This document shows positions 13,207-25,331 of a DNA stretch of 64,000 bases, piece after piece. Under the pieces are notes generated by a model. That model was not told the DNA's origin, did no database searches, and saw only the letters and a program-made list of their open reading frames with translations. The first letter of the stretch is position 1. The number at the start of each line of letters is the position of its first letter. The position numbers and the translations under genes are program-made. This stretch comes from Tubulanus polymorphus (taxonomy: Eukaryota > Animalia > Nemertea): positions 13,852,850-13,916,849 of the forward strand of contig NC_134029.1 of assembly GCF_964204645.1 (NCBI RefSeq), given 5' to 3'.

Positions 13207-14035
13207 CAGGGTCCCTACAGATCAATCATTCTAGAATTCAAGGACTTTTGAAGGATAGAATTTCAAATTTGAACGAGTGTCTGCTGCATCACTTTCATAT
13301 CCAAATTACGGTCCTAAAACGGTACTGCTTATCTTGGTAAACCGGTAATTTGGTGGTTGTATAAGAAAATTTTTATCTTTTATCCTGCTACACTTGATTT
13401 CTAACTGTCTAATTGAGTACAAAAATCCTAGTTCCAACAGTACTAATTTAGGTGTAGTGTATCTCTTCTGTTCAACTACAAACAAAAATGTACAGAAATG
13501 AACTTAAAATTCGCAGATTGAACATTTTGCAAAACGTTTATCTTAAGTTTTCAGAAGCCAATCCTTAAGGTCTGGATCCTGAAGCCTGATATATTCAAGT
13601 GATACATAATTACTGTCTCAACTAATAGTGAAGCAACACTTTAAACCCTTGAAAATACTGATTGATTAAAATAACAGACCCGCTAATCAGTACTAATTTC
13701 CCAACCAGGCAGTCTTAATTAAATAATGCTGAACAATTCTGAACATAGTTCTTTTGTCCAAGAGATACAATGAGAACCACAGCAGACACTATGTATTAAT
13801 CATACTACAATTAGCTGGTGAAAGACTGTGTGTATAGGGCCTATGACTACTAACTAGGCCTAATCTTGGAAAACACTTGTAACCTAAACATTTTCTCATT
13901 GCCAATTTCTCAAAATTCAAGGAGTTTTCAAGGACTTTAGGGCATTTTGCTCCAATTAAAGGATATTCAAGGACCTTGAAAAACATTTTTGGTTTAGAGG
14001 AGTTTTCAAGGAATCAAGGACCCGTAGAGACCCTG
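13207..14035. mobile_element. MITE with CAGGGT...ACCCTG termini
   Basis: CAGGGTCCCTAC ... GTAGAGACCCTG with internal TTCAAGGA repeats; flanks CGTGG / CATGG (possible 5-bp TSD). Confidence 0.65.
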
Positions 14036-14568
14036 CATGGTGTAATCAGTGTAGAATATAACATTGCAGAACAATACTTGGACCGTGGACAAATATGCAT
14101 CAAGTGATAACATAGAGACATAATCTTGAAGAAACACTCTACGGTATTCATGTTGCAGCAACAATTCATAAAAAAAATATTGCTTGTGTTTGATCAGTTT
14201 CATTTTCTGAGCGTGTCAAAAAAAGTTTGTCAGTAAAAAATTAAAATGCGCATCCCGCATGCAGAAATGTTTTTTTTTCACTATTTGAATTTGGATTAAG
14301 GCCCGTCACTTTTCCAAAAAGGGCTGATGAAAACAAAGGTATTTCTTCGTATGGCCTAATCCCACAATAATGATTAAGAATAAGTCAGAAATGTTTCCTT
14401 TGAGCTAATGTCTTATTCGATTTCGAGTTTACAAAAATACTCCATGTTTAATTAATTATATTATTTACAAAAAGAAATTTGAGGCAAAATACAGAACAAT
14501 TCAGGTAGGCATAGTGAAACCTGGTAAATGTGTTATGATACAATACATATTTCAGATTCAATTTTTTT

Positions 14569-17500
14569 TTACAACTTTACATTTTTATCCTGATTTTTAA
14601 GGACCAGAAATAATGCTACATGCCAAACAAAGTTTTCTGGCTTCATGTAAGCAAGTTGACTTTTCAGGTGAATAAGTCCCGAATTGTTCATTCACTTGTG
14701 AATTAATATTGGAAAGATCCACATTGCTGCAGTAAGTGTCTAGTTTATAGCCAGCACAACACCTACAAAATGGAAAAAAATTAGATACATATATACATGA
14801 CGAGTAGATGGGGTGATGAAAGATATAATTCACGAGATAATACATACCCTGTATGATTTACCCAATGCATTCTGTCCACACAAAATATAGTGTTCTTGAA
14901 AAATTCTGGTTCTCTGTAATTAGAATAATTAATGGACTTACTTCAATAACAATCAACCTCGGTTAATCACTATCACTTGGGACTGAGCTCTTTAGTATCT
15001 TGATAACAGGTAATCCGTTATCTATGAATTACTTAATATTTCTATGGTCAAATATAAGTGCACGGGCCAATTGCCTAAATACTTACCTATTAAGAGCATA
15101 TTGATGCAGCTTGCATGCATTATCATACACGATCATAGACGGTGGCCTGGGGAATCTTGTCTTAAATATTGAAAATGGAAATCGTGGCGATTCATGAGAC
15201 TCCATGGCCTATAATACAATATACAAACGAATCAACAGATACAGGGTATAAGAGGTAATTGCTTTTAAAAAAAATAATTCTACTGAATGAGTATGTTCAC
15301 CTGAAATCCATAGCAGATTCCATGCGGACAAAACACAGTAAAAATCCCTGGTGTAAGAACCCTGTGGCGTTTTGACATCTTATTACAGGCATCATCCCGG
15401 CACATGTCATTATCCTTCTTATCATCCATTACATATGCTGCATCACTAAAAAAACACATCTGCCCTTATATATCACATTGACAAATGAAAAACATGTTGA
15501 ACTGAAATTACATTAATAATACCATTACTTAATCAATAAATCTTCCTAGAAAAGTATTCATTACCTGTGGTGTTTAGGTAAACTCGGGAAAAATGACAAA
15601 CTCTTGAAAAGATTTTCGTATGGAGCTGGTGTGTATATATGATCCTTGTTGCACTGCAATCAAAAGTAAATCAGACCATAAGCTCATCAGGCATTATCTA
15701 AAATATGTATTTACGATGTAACAAAAACTTCTCACATTTTCTCTAAATTATCATCCATTAAAAATTCATTACCTTAAAACAAGTACGTATTTTCTTCAGA
15801 AGTTCTCTTATCAAATCAATGTAGTCATTATGCAGATTACCATCTGATAAACTCTGACTGATAAACTCAATCAGTATAGGTGCATCTATCAGTAGCTGAT
15901 TATATATCTCTGAATTCTTACTATCAAATGTTTCAGTTATCTCGGACAGCGCGTGATCCAAAATATCTATGACGCGATCCAAATCATTGGTCTGTAGAAA
16001 AGCACATGCTGGACCGTTGGCACTGATTGCTTGAAGGAATTTTGTCTCAGATGATTTACAATTTAATGAGTTTGAAGCTGACACTTTATTTTTGAGCGGG
16101 TTAAGGTGTTCATATTTGCTGATTCGTAGAATTAAATCCTGCTTTTCTTCTGGTGTCAGTGGTAAAGGAGATCTTGGTTTTACGTGAGTTTTTGACGAAA
16201 CCTTCGGCCCCCAGGCATATTGTGAAAGTAATTTTCTTGCTTTGTTGTCTGGTACAAACACTCTATCTTTGTGATGTGTGCCTGAAATCCTCGTGCCTGC
16301 ATTATGAAAATTCATCAACTGTATCGACTTGAGAAAATCTTTTCTAAAACCCAAATCAACACCGTCGCAAACAATAACCTAGAAAAGAAAACCTTTATTA
16401 CATATAGTTCCAGGAACCCTACCGTCAAGTTGGTATTTTCAATCAGTCAATTATTTACCTGAGGATGTTTTCCACACTGAACGCATTGGAATTCTCTAGC
16501 CCAATCAAAATCTAGCAGATGCATCAGACCATTCCATGCACGCTGAAGCGTATGGAGAGGAATAATAGGAATCTTGAAAAGCGTTCGTGATGATCTTGTC
16601 AAAGCTCTGAAAAATATATTCAAATTAGACTAATCCCTAAATTAGAAATAATTGAATTGTAGTATAAAGTATCTGAAACAGCAAACCTGTGGAATGTGAA
16701 GTCTGATTCATTAGTTTCTGGATATGGAATAGATTCACTGTGACACCAATCACGATAGCGAAGAAATGTGATCGCAATGACTATTAAATCTGCATTCCTC
16801 GCATACTAATTTCTTCAAACGTGGTTGCCAATGGATAACACTTGTCTTATCATCCAGAGTCACACTGACAACTAGAGGAGACACTGACAACTGATTAACA
16901 GTGCAAACATCCACGGGATCACTGATATTCTGCACATCATAAAGCTTATTAACGGCATACGCATGAATGCAATACTGATTTTCTTCGCGTTTCATGAAAG
17001 TCGATACAGTTTCACCCTCGACTGCCCATTTAAGAGAAAGAAGTCGATTTCTGCTGAGGTGTGCATTCTTACAGCTACATGTTAACACTTTAAATCCCTC
17101 TCCAACACAGAAAAACTGTAAACTATGCAAAACAACATGCACATCTTTCAGAATAGTTCCTTGATCATTGCTATCGGCTACAATATACGTTTGGCCGTTT
17201 ACGTTCCAATGGCGATGAGTCTTGTTCAGTTCACCTACATAATACACGTGCGGACCCAATTCCAAGTCAACTGCAAGAATGGTGTCAATATGCCTATAAG
17301 AAAATTGAGAACGGATATGAGAAATATATTCATTTTTCAATAGATGTGAAACCTTTCATTTAATCACAAACATATTATTTTAATGGAAATTTTTTCATTA
17401 TAGACAAGTAAGAAGTATTTTTTATCTTTAGGGTAGACACTGAGCAACTTTCATGAGCAGCTCCCATAAAATTAAAATACCTGAGCAAGTAAATGAGCGG

Positions 17501-17859
17501 CGTGCATAAATGGCCTACCCACCTGACCTGAGCAAGTATACATGAGCAGCAACTAGTTTCTAGTGTAATTAAGGCCATTACGGCATTAGGCCTATATATA
17601 AAATGCTGTGCTTAGAGGCTCATTTAGCTACATAGCATGCAAGGATTCACAACGAAAAATAACTTACTGGAGAGATGTCGCAATGATTTACGTCGCTGCT
17701 TGACGACGACGGTGTGTTTGTCGTTCGTTGACGTTGTTGATGCCGACCGTTTTTTTGGAGAACTGCGACTGTGGTTCCACATTTTTTTGGTTTTGGATTA
17801 CCGGCACTATCTCCGACTCCGGTGCCAGCGATCATATCATTGTATGATCGCCGAGGCAT
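14569..17859 (-). pseudogene. Spliced KDZ-type transposase (CxC/HMGXB3-like), frameshifted
   Basis: Exons ~17859-17668, 17352-~16687, ~16606-16459, 16378-15773, 15653-15565, 15445-15301, 15208-15087, 14913-14848 and 14762-14569, with GT-AG borders. Motifs: SWIM-like CSC...CIH and CEEC....CDH; FQCVQCGKHPQ|VIVCDGVDLG; SFFPSLP; CNK...LTPGIFTVFCPHGICYGF; ESPRFPF; IVYDNACKLH; VDRMHWVNHTGC; INSQVNEQ...LKSQLAYMKPENF. Indels near 16750 and near 14685 break the frame. The exon 1 assignment is less certain than the rest. Confidence 0.85.
17440..17550. promoter_or_regulatory. Three spaced direct pairs of TGAGCR motifs in predicted transposase intron 1
   Basis: CTGAGCAA-N4-6-ATGAGCRG at 17440, 17481 and 17528; the same hexamer occurs in both element ends. 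Confidence 0.55.
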
Positions 17860-18223
17860 TCTAAGAAAATCTATCTATGGATATAACCTTTCTGCGTGAG
17901 TGAGTAGTAGTGCAAAGACTTCGAAGCTTCTGCTCGGATATTGTCTGATTAAACGTCAGCCGGCAGCGCCCAGTGACACAATTCAATTCAATAAAGATTT
18001 ATTGCAACCAGGTTACCGAAATAGGTTCGAATCCCGAAATATTTTTCGTGCAACGTGCGCGTAGCGTATGATTGTAAAAATCATAATCATACAATAAAAC
18101 TTTATTGATCGGATTAATTTTGCAATAAAACTTCCGAGTAAAAGTCAATGAAGTATAGGCTCGCACAAACTGATACCGTCTACGCCTACGGCACGTCTTT
18201 TGCGAATTGCTTTCTGCTCGATG

Positions 18224-18400
18224 ATGAGCAGTGTTGACTGCTCACCCAATGAGCAGTGTTGACTGCTCACCCAATGAGCAGTTTTGACTGCTCACCCAGG
18301 TCCGCGAGCGGAGCGATCTGCCGTGCCTGAGCAGTTTACAGTGCTCAGCATGAGCAGAAAGCAATTCTTAGAAATGCTCATGCGCAACTCATGTGAGCAA
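18224..18400. repeat. Right subterminal motif array: three 25-bp units plus further TGAGCA/TGCTCA sites
   Basis: ATGAGCAGT(G/T)TTGACTGCTCACCCA x3 at 18224-18298; TGCTCATGCGCA at 18375-18386. Confidence 0.9.
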
Positions 18401-18436
18401 CTTACAAAAAGCACTGAATTTTATAGCTCATACATC

Positions 18437-19760
18437 ACCTGATAACTATGTAAACAGCTCCGTACCACAGGGATCAATTTTAGGTCCATTGCTATTTTTG
18501 TTGTATATTAATGATCTTCCCGATGCTGTGTTTTTGTATGCAGATGATACCTCCTTATATTCTAATATTGATTCAACTGACCCGTACCCTGGTAATCAAG
18601 CTGTCCAGTCAGATCTTGATAATATCTCGAAGTTGGCACTTTGCTGGGATCTTGAGTTTAAGCCTAGTAAGAGTTGTGATGTCACATTTTGTAAAAGCGA
18701 CATCAAGAATTATAATCCTTTGTTTTTAAACGGTATTCGTATCCCAAGTGAAACGTCACACAAGCACTTAGGTTTTATCTTAGACTCAAATATACGTTTC
18801 CAAAAACATGTTGAATCTATTTATGAAAAGGTACAAAAATTTTAAATTCGTTAAAATCACAACACCTGAACACAATCTACAGTTCATTTATATACCCACA
18901 CTTTGAGTATTGTGATGTAATATTGAGTAGCACCAACAAAACAACTCTAGATAGGCTTGAACGGCTCAATTACCAGTCTGCTATCATAGTATCTGGCTGT
19001 ATCACGGGTTCTAGTAGAGAAAAAGTTTTAGATGTCGTTAACTGGCAATCATTATCATGTATAAATTTTCAAAATGTATGCACCCCTCTTATGTATTATC
19101 ACTCTTCAGTACCTACCAAAATATAGCTGAAAGAAACTTGAAAAATCAACAACCTTTTCGTATACCCCATCGTGTACCATGTAAGATTGAGAATTCCCCT
19201 TTATTCAGACTTATGGCTGTCTGGAATGACACTTGTAGAGGTTCGCCCTATTCAAAACTTTTCAATTTTTAAATCTAGAGTCTATAAACGATCATCACAA
19301 GTTTCTACAATCACGACAGCAATGATTCCAAATTTAAATCGTAGAGAAGAAATGTCTTTAAAGAGACTACTTGTAGACCTCTTTTTACGATCCCAGCTAT
19401 ATGATCATAATTTTAGCAATGTGCTTCATCCAAATTGCCCTAATTGCAACAATAAAAGACTCGATACAGTTCATTTCCTTTTAAAATGCCAGCACCCTCC
19501 TCATTGCGATAAAATCCATTGGCTTCTCCAGGACCTTGCTAATGAAATTCAATTATCTACAATGCAGCAATTCTTTTCAAAACGACTTATTGATAAATGT
19601 AAATTTTTATCGTTTGGTAGTCCAGACCTGAATTATAATACTAAAATCAGTATTATCTCACTAACCGCAAAATTTGCAAATCTAAATCATTATGACTACT
19701 GACTGTGAAATGATCAAAACCGTGTGATAGTGGTGATGCTGTTATTGTAATAACTACTAT
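18437..19760 (+). mobile_element. Same LINE, 3' portion (RT core and C-terminal Cys/His region)
   Basis: VPQGSILGPLLFLLYINDLP, LYADDT, HKHLGFILD and C-terminal CPNC...HFLLKC. Rejoins the 5' part in frame (FSDTSPDNYVNSSVPQG) once 9770-18436 is removed. Confidence 0.9.
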
Positions 19761-19777
19761 AACAAATATTTTCTATT

Positions 19778-19985
19778 ATCATCATCATCATCATCATCCA
19801 TCATCCATCATCCATCATCCATCATCCATCATCCATCATCCATCATCCATCATCCATCATCCATCATCCATCATCCATCATCCATCATCATCCATCATCA
19901 TCAATCATCATCAATCATCATCATCATCATCAATCATCATCATCATCAATCATCATCATCAATCATCATCATCATCATCAATCAT
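19778..19985. repeat. Compound (ATC)n/(CATCCAT)n microsatellite at the LINE 3' end
   Basis: Directly visible in the sequence. Confidence 0.95.
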
Positions 19986-21055
19986 TACTCTTGATATTAT
20001 CATCATCATTATTCTTGATATTATTGTGATCAACTTCTATCACAATTCAACCCAGTTTGTGAAATAATCTTGAATCCAAAGTTGCCAGATCTATTTTTGC
20101 AGCGTATTTAACCCCATCGATCGGATCTTTCGATAATTCAATGACTGTAAAAATGGTGTGCTTTGGTTCCCCTTATGAAAATAAAGTGCACTTCCATGAG
20201 TAAAGTACACTCAAAATGTACTCATTGAGTCTACTTTTGTGAAATTAGTGCACTTTTTCATAGGGAAAGTGCACTTCACAAAATAGTGTACTTGGTGAGT
20301 GTACTCATTGAGTTTGCTTTTGAAAAATTAGTGCACTTTATCATAGGGAAAGAACACTTCATGAAAAAGTGTACTTGGTAAGTATTCTAAAAGTGTACCA
20401 CCAAAGGCCAATCCCTTAAGGAAATAAATGTATTTTCATGTATAAAAATCTATTAACTTTTTTCCATATGAAAATATATTCTTTAGCAAAGAAATGTATT
20501 TATTGATCAGTATTTTTCGAAATATGACCACAAAATATATTATTATCATTGGGCTAAATTATATTGGCTAAAATTTATTATACGAATTAGCGTTCACTGT
20601 TGACTTACAAAAATTCAAATCTTCAAAAACGACTTTGAAAAAATATCAGGTTTTTACTGGATTCGAACCAATTCACGACAGCTAGCGAAGGGCTGGGATT
20701 GAGCATGCAGTCAGCACGGCGCCATTTGCAATTATTTTGAGCAAATTCATTGCTGTTTTTAATCAATTTTCATGGTTAATTTCTAAGTTGGGACAGTCTG
20801 GTGTTAAAATTTAAGCTCCAAGGCAAGTATTTTTAATTTTGTTGTATAAAATATTTGACTTATTGGCGACGTTAGGCTCTGAACGTTGATACATTGTCCG
20901 AAATGCAGCAAGCAGGACAAGAAAGGCGACTACAAAACCTACGAAACGCCAACATAAAAGTTGGTAATGAAAGATTGGTGAAGAGCTCAAGATGAATATA
21001 TCGAGTTACAGCACACGTAAAGAAGATTATATACGACTTAGCCTCGGTATCAGGC

Positions 21056-21440
21056 TCAATGACAAAACTGCGTCTTTGACTCTATCCGCCGGGAGGGGAG
21101 GTGGTGCTGGATACTGATACGGCTTTCTGTGACGATCTTTACCAGGAAAACATCGGAATAAGAGCTTGCTAGTAAACCTACGCAAACGTGGCATCCAGTA
21201 ACTCTGACAGATTCAAGCCATTGCAGCCGAGACACCTTCATGATGCGCATCATTGATATCAAATTCGGTGAACTTATGATTGGGTGGTAATATCAGTGGA
21301 AACTTGGCACAGTCTTCCAACTGTGCATTGCGTAGATGACCTTTCGACTTAATCACATCGTTAGCTAGATACATAGTTAACTGTTTCATACGAAGATTTG
21401 CTGGTTTATTGTTACAGAGACGATACAGCTCATCCACAGC
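21056..21440 (-). mobile_element. Small BEL/Pao integrase-region remnant
   Basis: GHLRNAQL...KFPLILPPNHKFT....DAHHEGV, parallel to the GRLGNA...KHPVLLPKDH segment of the Pao at 323-1792. Confidence 0.7.
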
Positions 21441-21768
21441 CGTACGCGTGCATTCATTTCTTTGAAAATCTAGCGAGCGGGCACTGTGCGCGGTGCCCGC
21501 ACGGTTATTCGCAACATTTAATGGCTACCACCCTCTTGACCAACACAACAACAATAATGCGGTAACAACAACAATGCAGTAATACAACAATTCAAACTTG
21601 AATTTAACATAAAATTTCCCAACAATTTACTTTTTCTAAGAATTTTGCAGGCTTAAGACATTGAAAGAATAAATCAAAGTCAGAATTCCATCAACATTGG
21701 ACCCAGCATTGCCATATTTCATATAAATAGATTCTTACACTACATTAGATAATTCTATCATATTCAGC

Positions 21769-23491
21769 AAATAAATTGTCCATGGGCAAAGTGTGGTTTA
21801 CCTTGAAAGCTAGAGGTTGTTTGGAATAAGGGCATTGCTTGAAAAATCTTTTTAACTCGTGACTTCAAAGTTCCACAAGTTTATATTGTATTTTATGTTT
21901 CTTAAATAATTATTTTGTAGTCAAATAAGACCAAAGATAAACATTTGGTTACGGTCCACGCCAAAAGTTTGTAGGGTACACGAAGGCGCGGCAGGGAAAC
22001 TATTTCATATTTTCAAAAAAATATGTTCCATTATATAAAAAAAATTTGTTCAAATAAGGCCATCCCAAAATAATTGTCTGTTTGCCGTAACACCGTCTCA
22101 ACTTTTCAGGATGAGTCGGTAGGTAGGTAGAAATTTTTTGGGCAAAATTTGTGGGCAAAAAAAACCCAAATTTATCACCTTTTTTACATCGAAACAATAT
22201 CGCAAAAATCATATATTGTGTGCACGGGAAATTGGTCTAATAGCGAAGATTTCAGAGCATCATCTCTGTGTTAAAAATGAAACAGCACCTTGAATATATG
22301 TGCGCGCTTTTACGTTACCAGCTTTAATAAAGTCATTATGAGAATGAATGGCAGCTTATTGGAACACTGCCAGTTTCCTGGAAAACTTAAATTAGGCCAC
22401 ATGTCAAGGCATGTTTTCACACGATGCACACTTGAATTCAAACATACGTAGCTCACACTTCGGCAGTTGGTCGGTCGGTCGGTCGGTCGACCGGCCGTTT
22501 TTATCAAAAATAAAATTTATTTCGATGAATCCCAGAGAAAAAAGTTTTCACTCGGTACCTTTGACGTCGGGTCACGGCAAACAGACCATTAATATGGGAT
22601 GGCCTAAAATTCATATGATGTCACATATCAGAGGGTGGCTGAATATTGGGTCTTGGAAATCTCTTCCAATGTTGGCCGCGGAAGTTAGAATACCGGTACG
22701 GAAGAAATCGGTTATTAGATCGTTTTAAATCCTGGAATTTACGACTACAATATTCAGACCTCGACCTATACTTTTGGTTTGCTGCTTAATATTTTCAGGT
22801 CACAAGAAATTACAATTTATTACAAATTCTATCAAACAGAAAACACAGCCCTCATCTTCTGCTACGATTATTCAGCCTATTTTCATGTCAAACGCGCACG
22901 CGTTACAGCATCACCTTGAGTAGTGTACTGCATGAGCTTGTGTGTGTGTCGTGTAGCACTCTGCGCGCACAGGCGGAGGCCTCGTGTAAGTGAATGTTCG
23001 CTTACACTTCATTGACAATCAAAACAATCACAGGGTATTAAAATGAAACAATACCTATGGCGGATGTGTGAAATAATTACATCCTCACCAGCAATGAGCA
23101 TTTAAAATTTGCACGTATACGGCACCTAGTCCAATGAAACTTACGCCATTCTATGGCTTTCCCATAATTATTTTAGTAGCGCTAGAATTCCCTGTATATC
23201 GCAAAAACAGCCAATCCCATTCACTCGTAGAGACGACGCCCCCCAATTGAGGTCATTGCAACTTTATACGCGAGAGCTAAGAATTTTCCCACCAAAAACA
23301 GTTTTTCGAAGAATTTTAACTCAGTTGACCATGTACATCGACGGAGGTTCGCCATGTCTTCAATCGCATCAATTATACGTCGTTTAAGCCGAGAACCAAT
23401 GAAACAAATGCTCACATAAAAAAACGTACCGCGATTTTACATGAATTGGCTCAATGCCAACCTCAAATCGCTGACAAAGGTAAACCAAAAA
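21769..23491 (-). mobile_element. Helentron-like non-autonomous element, copy 2 (full length, with nested MITE)
   Basis: The left end has AAATAAA, a palindrome TTG(T/C)CCATGGGCAA and subTIR TGGTTTACCTT; the right end has AAGGTAAACCA followed by an A run. No TSD seen. Confidence 0.8.
22058..22604. mobile_element. PIF/Harbinger-type MITE nested in Helentron-like copy 2
   Basis: TAA|GGCCATCCCAAAATAATTGTCTGTTTGCCGT ... ACGGCAAACAGACCATTAATATGGGATGGCC|TAA. The empty site CAAATAAAATTCAT is seen in copy 4 at ~50732. Confidence 0.9.
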
Positions 23492-23995
23492 CACGAACTT
23501 CACTTACCTACGACGTCAAAATTGCGTGTATCCCTTGTGCAATTTCTTGTTCAGCTAGACTGGCTTTTTGGGGAGTACCCCAGCTGCTGAGGGTATTCCC
23601 TGAACAACCAATCAGAGCGCAGCTTTCTCATTATGTCAAAAAGCGCGATTATGTAGGCCGCGGCCTACCCCATTGAAGAGCAATGATTAGCTGAAAGAGC
23701 CCACGTGATCTCCGCAGAATGAAGGAACTAATTTTCCGGATGGAACATATATTCGAGGAAAAATACCAAACTTTGACTGCTTATTACTGCGTAACTGGAA
23801 CATTTCACGGTTTCATCTTCTAACCATTTTATCTTTGTTTGGTAACTTATTAAATGGCACTAATTGCATAACGAAAGTGTACGATACAAAAAGCGGGTTT
23901 ACGTCCACAGCATATTGTGAGCAAGTTATTTCCAGAAAGGTCTCCAGAGCCATTGTGAAGACTCTGTCGACATACCACGAAGTCAAAAATCATAC

Positions 23996-24138
23996 CTCAT
24001 CTGATGTCACATATATAGCACCATTATCTTCTAACCTCTTCTTGGTTAAGATTATGTCATCCTCACTCACACCTCGGCAAGCATCTTCAATTACTGTTGT
24101 ACGGAAACCATGTTCCATTGAATGAGCTGCGGTGGCTG
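23996..24138 (-). CDS. Naam: Nicotinamidase, internal exon
   Basis: TTTTATAG acceptor and GTATGA donor; phase 1 in, phase 0 out. Translates AATAAHSMEHGFRTTVIEDACRGVSEDDIILTKKRLEDNGAIYVTSDE (GF.T.VIEDACRGV isochorismatase-family motif). Confidence 0.92.
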
Positions 24139-25331
24139 CTATAAAAGAATACTTGTAAATCAATAAGTGATAATCATTTGAATATAGGCATCGAATAATT
24201 TAACTTGTTAGCAGGCAGATTCTATAATAATGTGTACCATTATCTACCTCTTTCTTAAAAAAAATTATACTGTGTAAAATATTCTAATATTTGTTCCTCA
24301 CCAATTATTTTCTTCAGTTTTTGTTTGTAAATTCAAAGATAATAGGAACATAGTTTTTTGAAAAATTAGCAAAAAAGTGGTTCTAACGTAACTGTCAGCG
24401 AGAGTTTGACAGATATTGTTTAACATGAGAGAAAAAAATTTAAATAGGTTTAATCCTAGTTACCATTCGCGAACTTAATTAACATAAATGTTACGCTAAA
24501 TTAACGTAACGCTTTTTTCATGGCTATCTATCTCAAAATGAATGTGCAACAAGAGGACCATAAGGTCCATATGGTCGAAGATAGTGCATGAGGAGTAATC
24601 AGTTTTATTAGAGAAAACAAATTCACGCATTTCCAGGGTTTCTTTTAACCATTATGGACAATTTCCCCCAGAAAAGAGTGGTCCTACTTTCCCCAAATCC
24701 TGAAAAATTCTTTGAGGAATTGTGAAAATAAACTGATTATTTGTTCTCTATGTTCTCTAATGTTACTATGTTTGACAGGTGCTGCCATTTTTCAAGAGAG
24801 ATAATTACTAATTACATCAATACAACGCATTGCAGTGTACTAGCAAAGTCTATCACTGATTTATACAACGCACTGCGGTGTAGACACACTGAAAGGGTTA
24901 ATTTGGTAAGTGAATTATAATTACACAAGGACTGATTTAAAGTTTCTGATCTGCACATACAATCATTAATTCTATATCTTATAAATCTATATTCAATAAT
25001 ATACAAATGAATTTCTAGTAAAGTATTTATTTCTAAAAAAGTAGGTGGTATTAATCCAAATCAAAAAGGATTTTATTCCGGGGGCAATTGTCCGGGGAGC
25101 AGTTGTCCTATGTGCCGATTCAGATCCCCAATCAATGAATGATTTATTAGAGTGGCAAGTGTCATTGCCCATCGATCAAGATACATAACATCCAACAGTG
25201 CAAAGATTTAGAGAAGTTATGACAATTTAGGTTTTTAATGTATCACAAGGATGAACATAACAAGTTTGACAGATTTATTGATTGATGCGATATTTATACA
25301 ATAGATAACTTTTGAAGAATTAAACCTTCTT

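Larger units (their letters stand above)
9770..18429. mobile_element. KDZ/Zisupton-like DNA transposon carrying an NRF1-like gene
   Basis: Flanking direct repeat ATACATC at 9763-9769 and 18430-18436. Imperfect ~60 bp TIRs: left CAGGTATATAAA...TTTTTGTAACTTGCTCATACAGTTGCTCATGAGCATTT versus reverse complement of right end GAGCTATAAAA...TTTTTGTAAGTTGCTCACATGAGTTGCGCATGAGCATTT. Contains two convergent spliced genes. Confidence 0.88.

Noticed and set aside
18224-18298. Palindromic 25-bp repeats resembling a CRISPR array
   Set aside because: The units are directly adjacent with no unique spacers, there are no cas genes, and the context is eukaryotic. They are transposon subterminal repeats.
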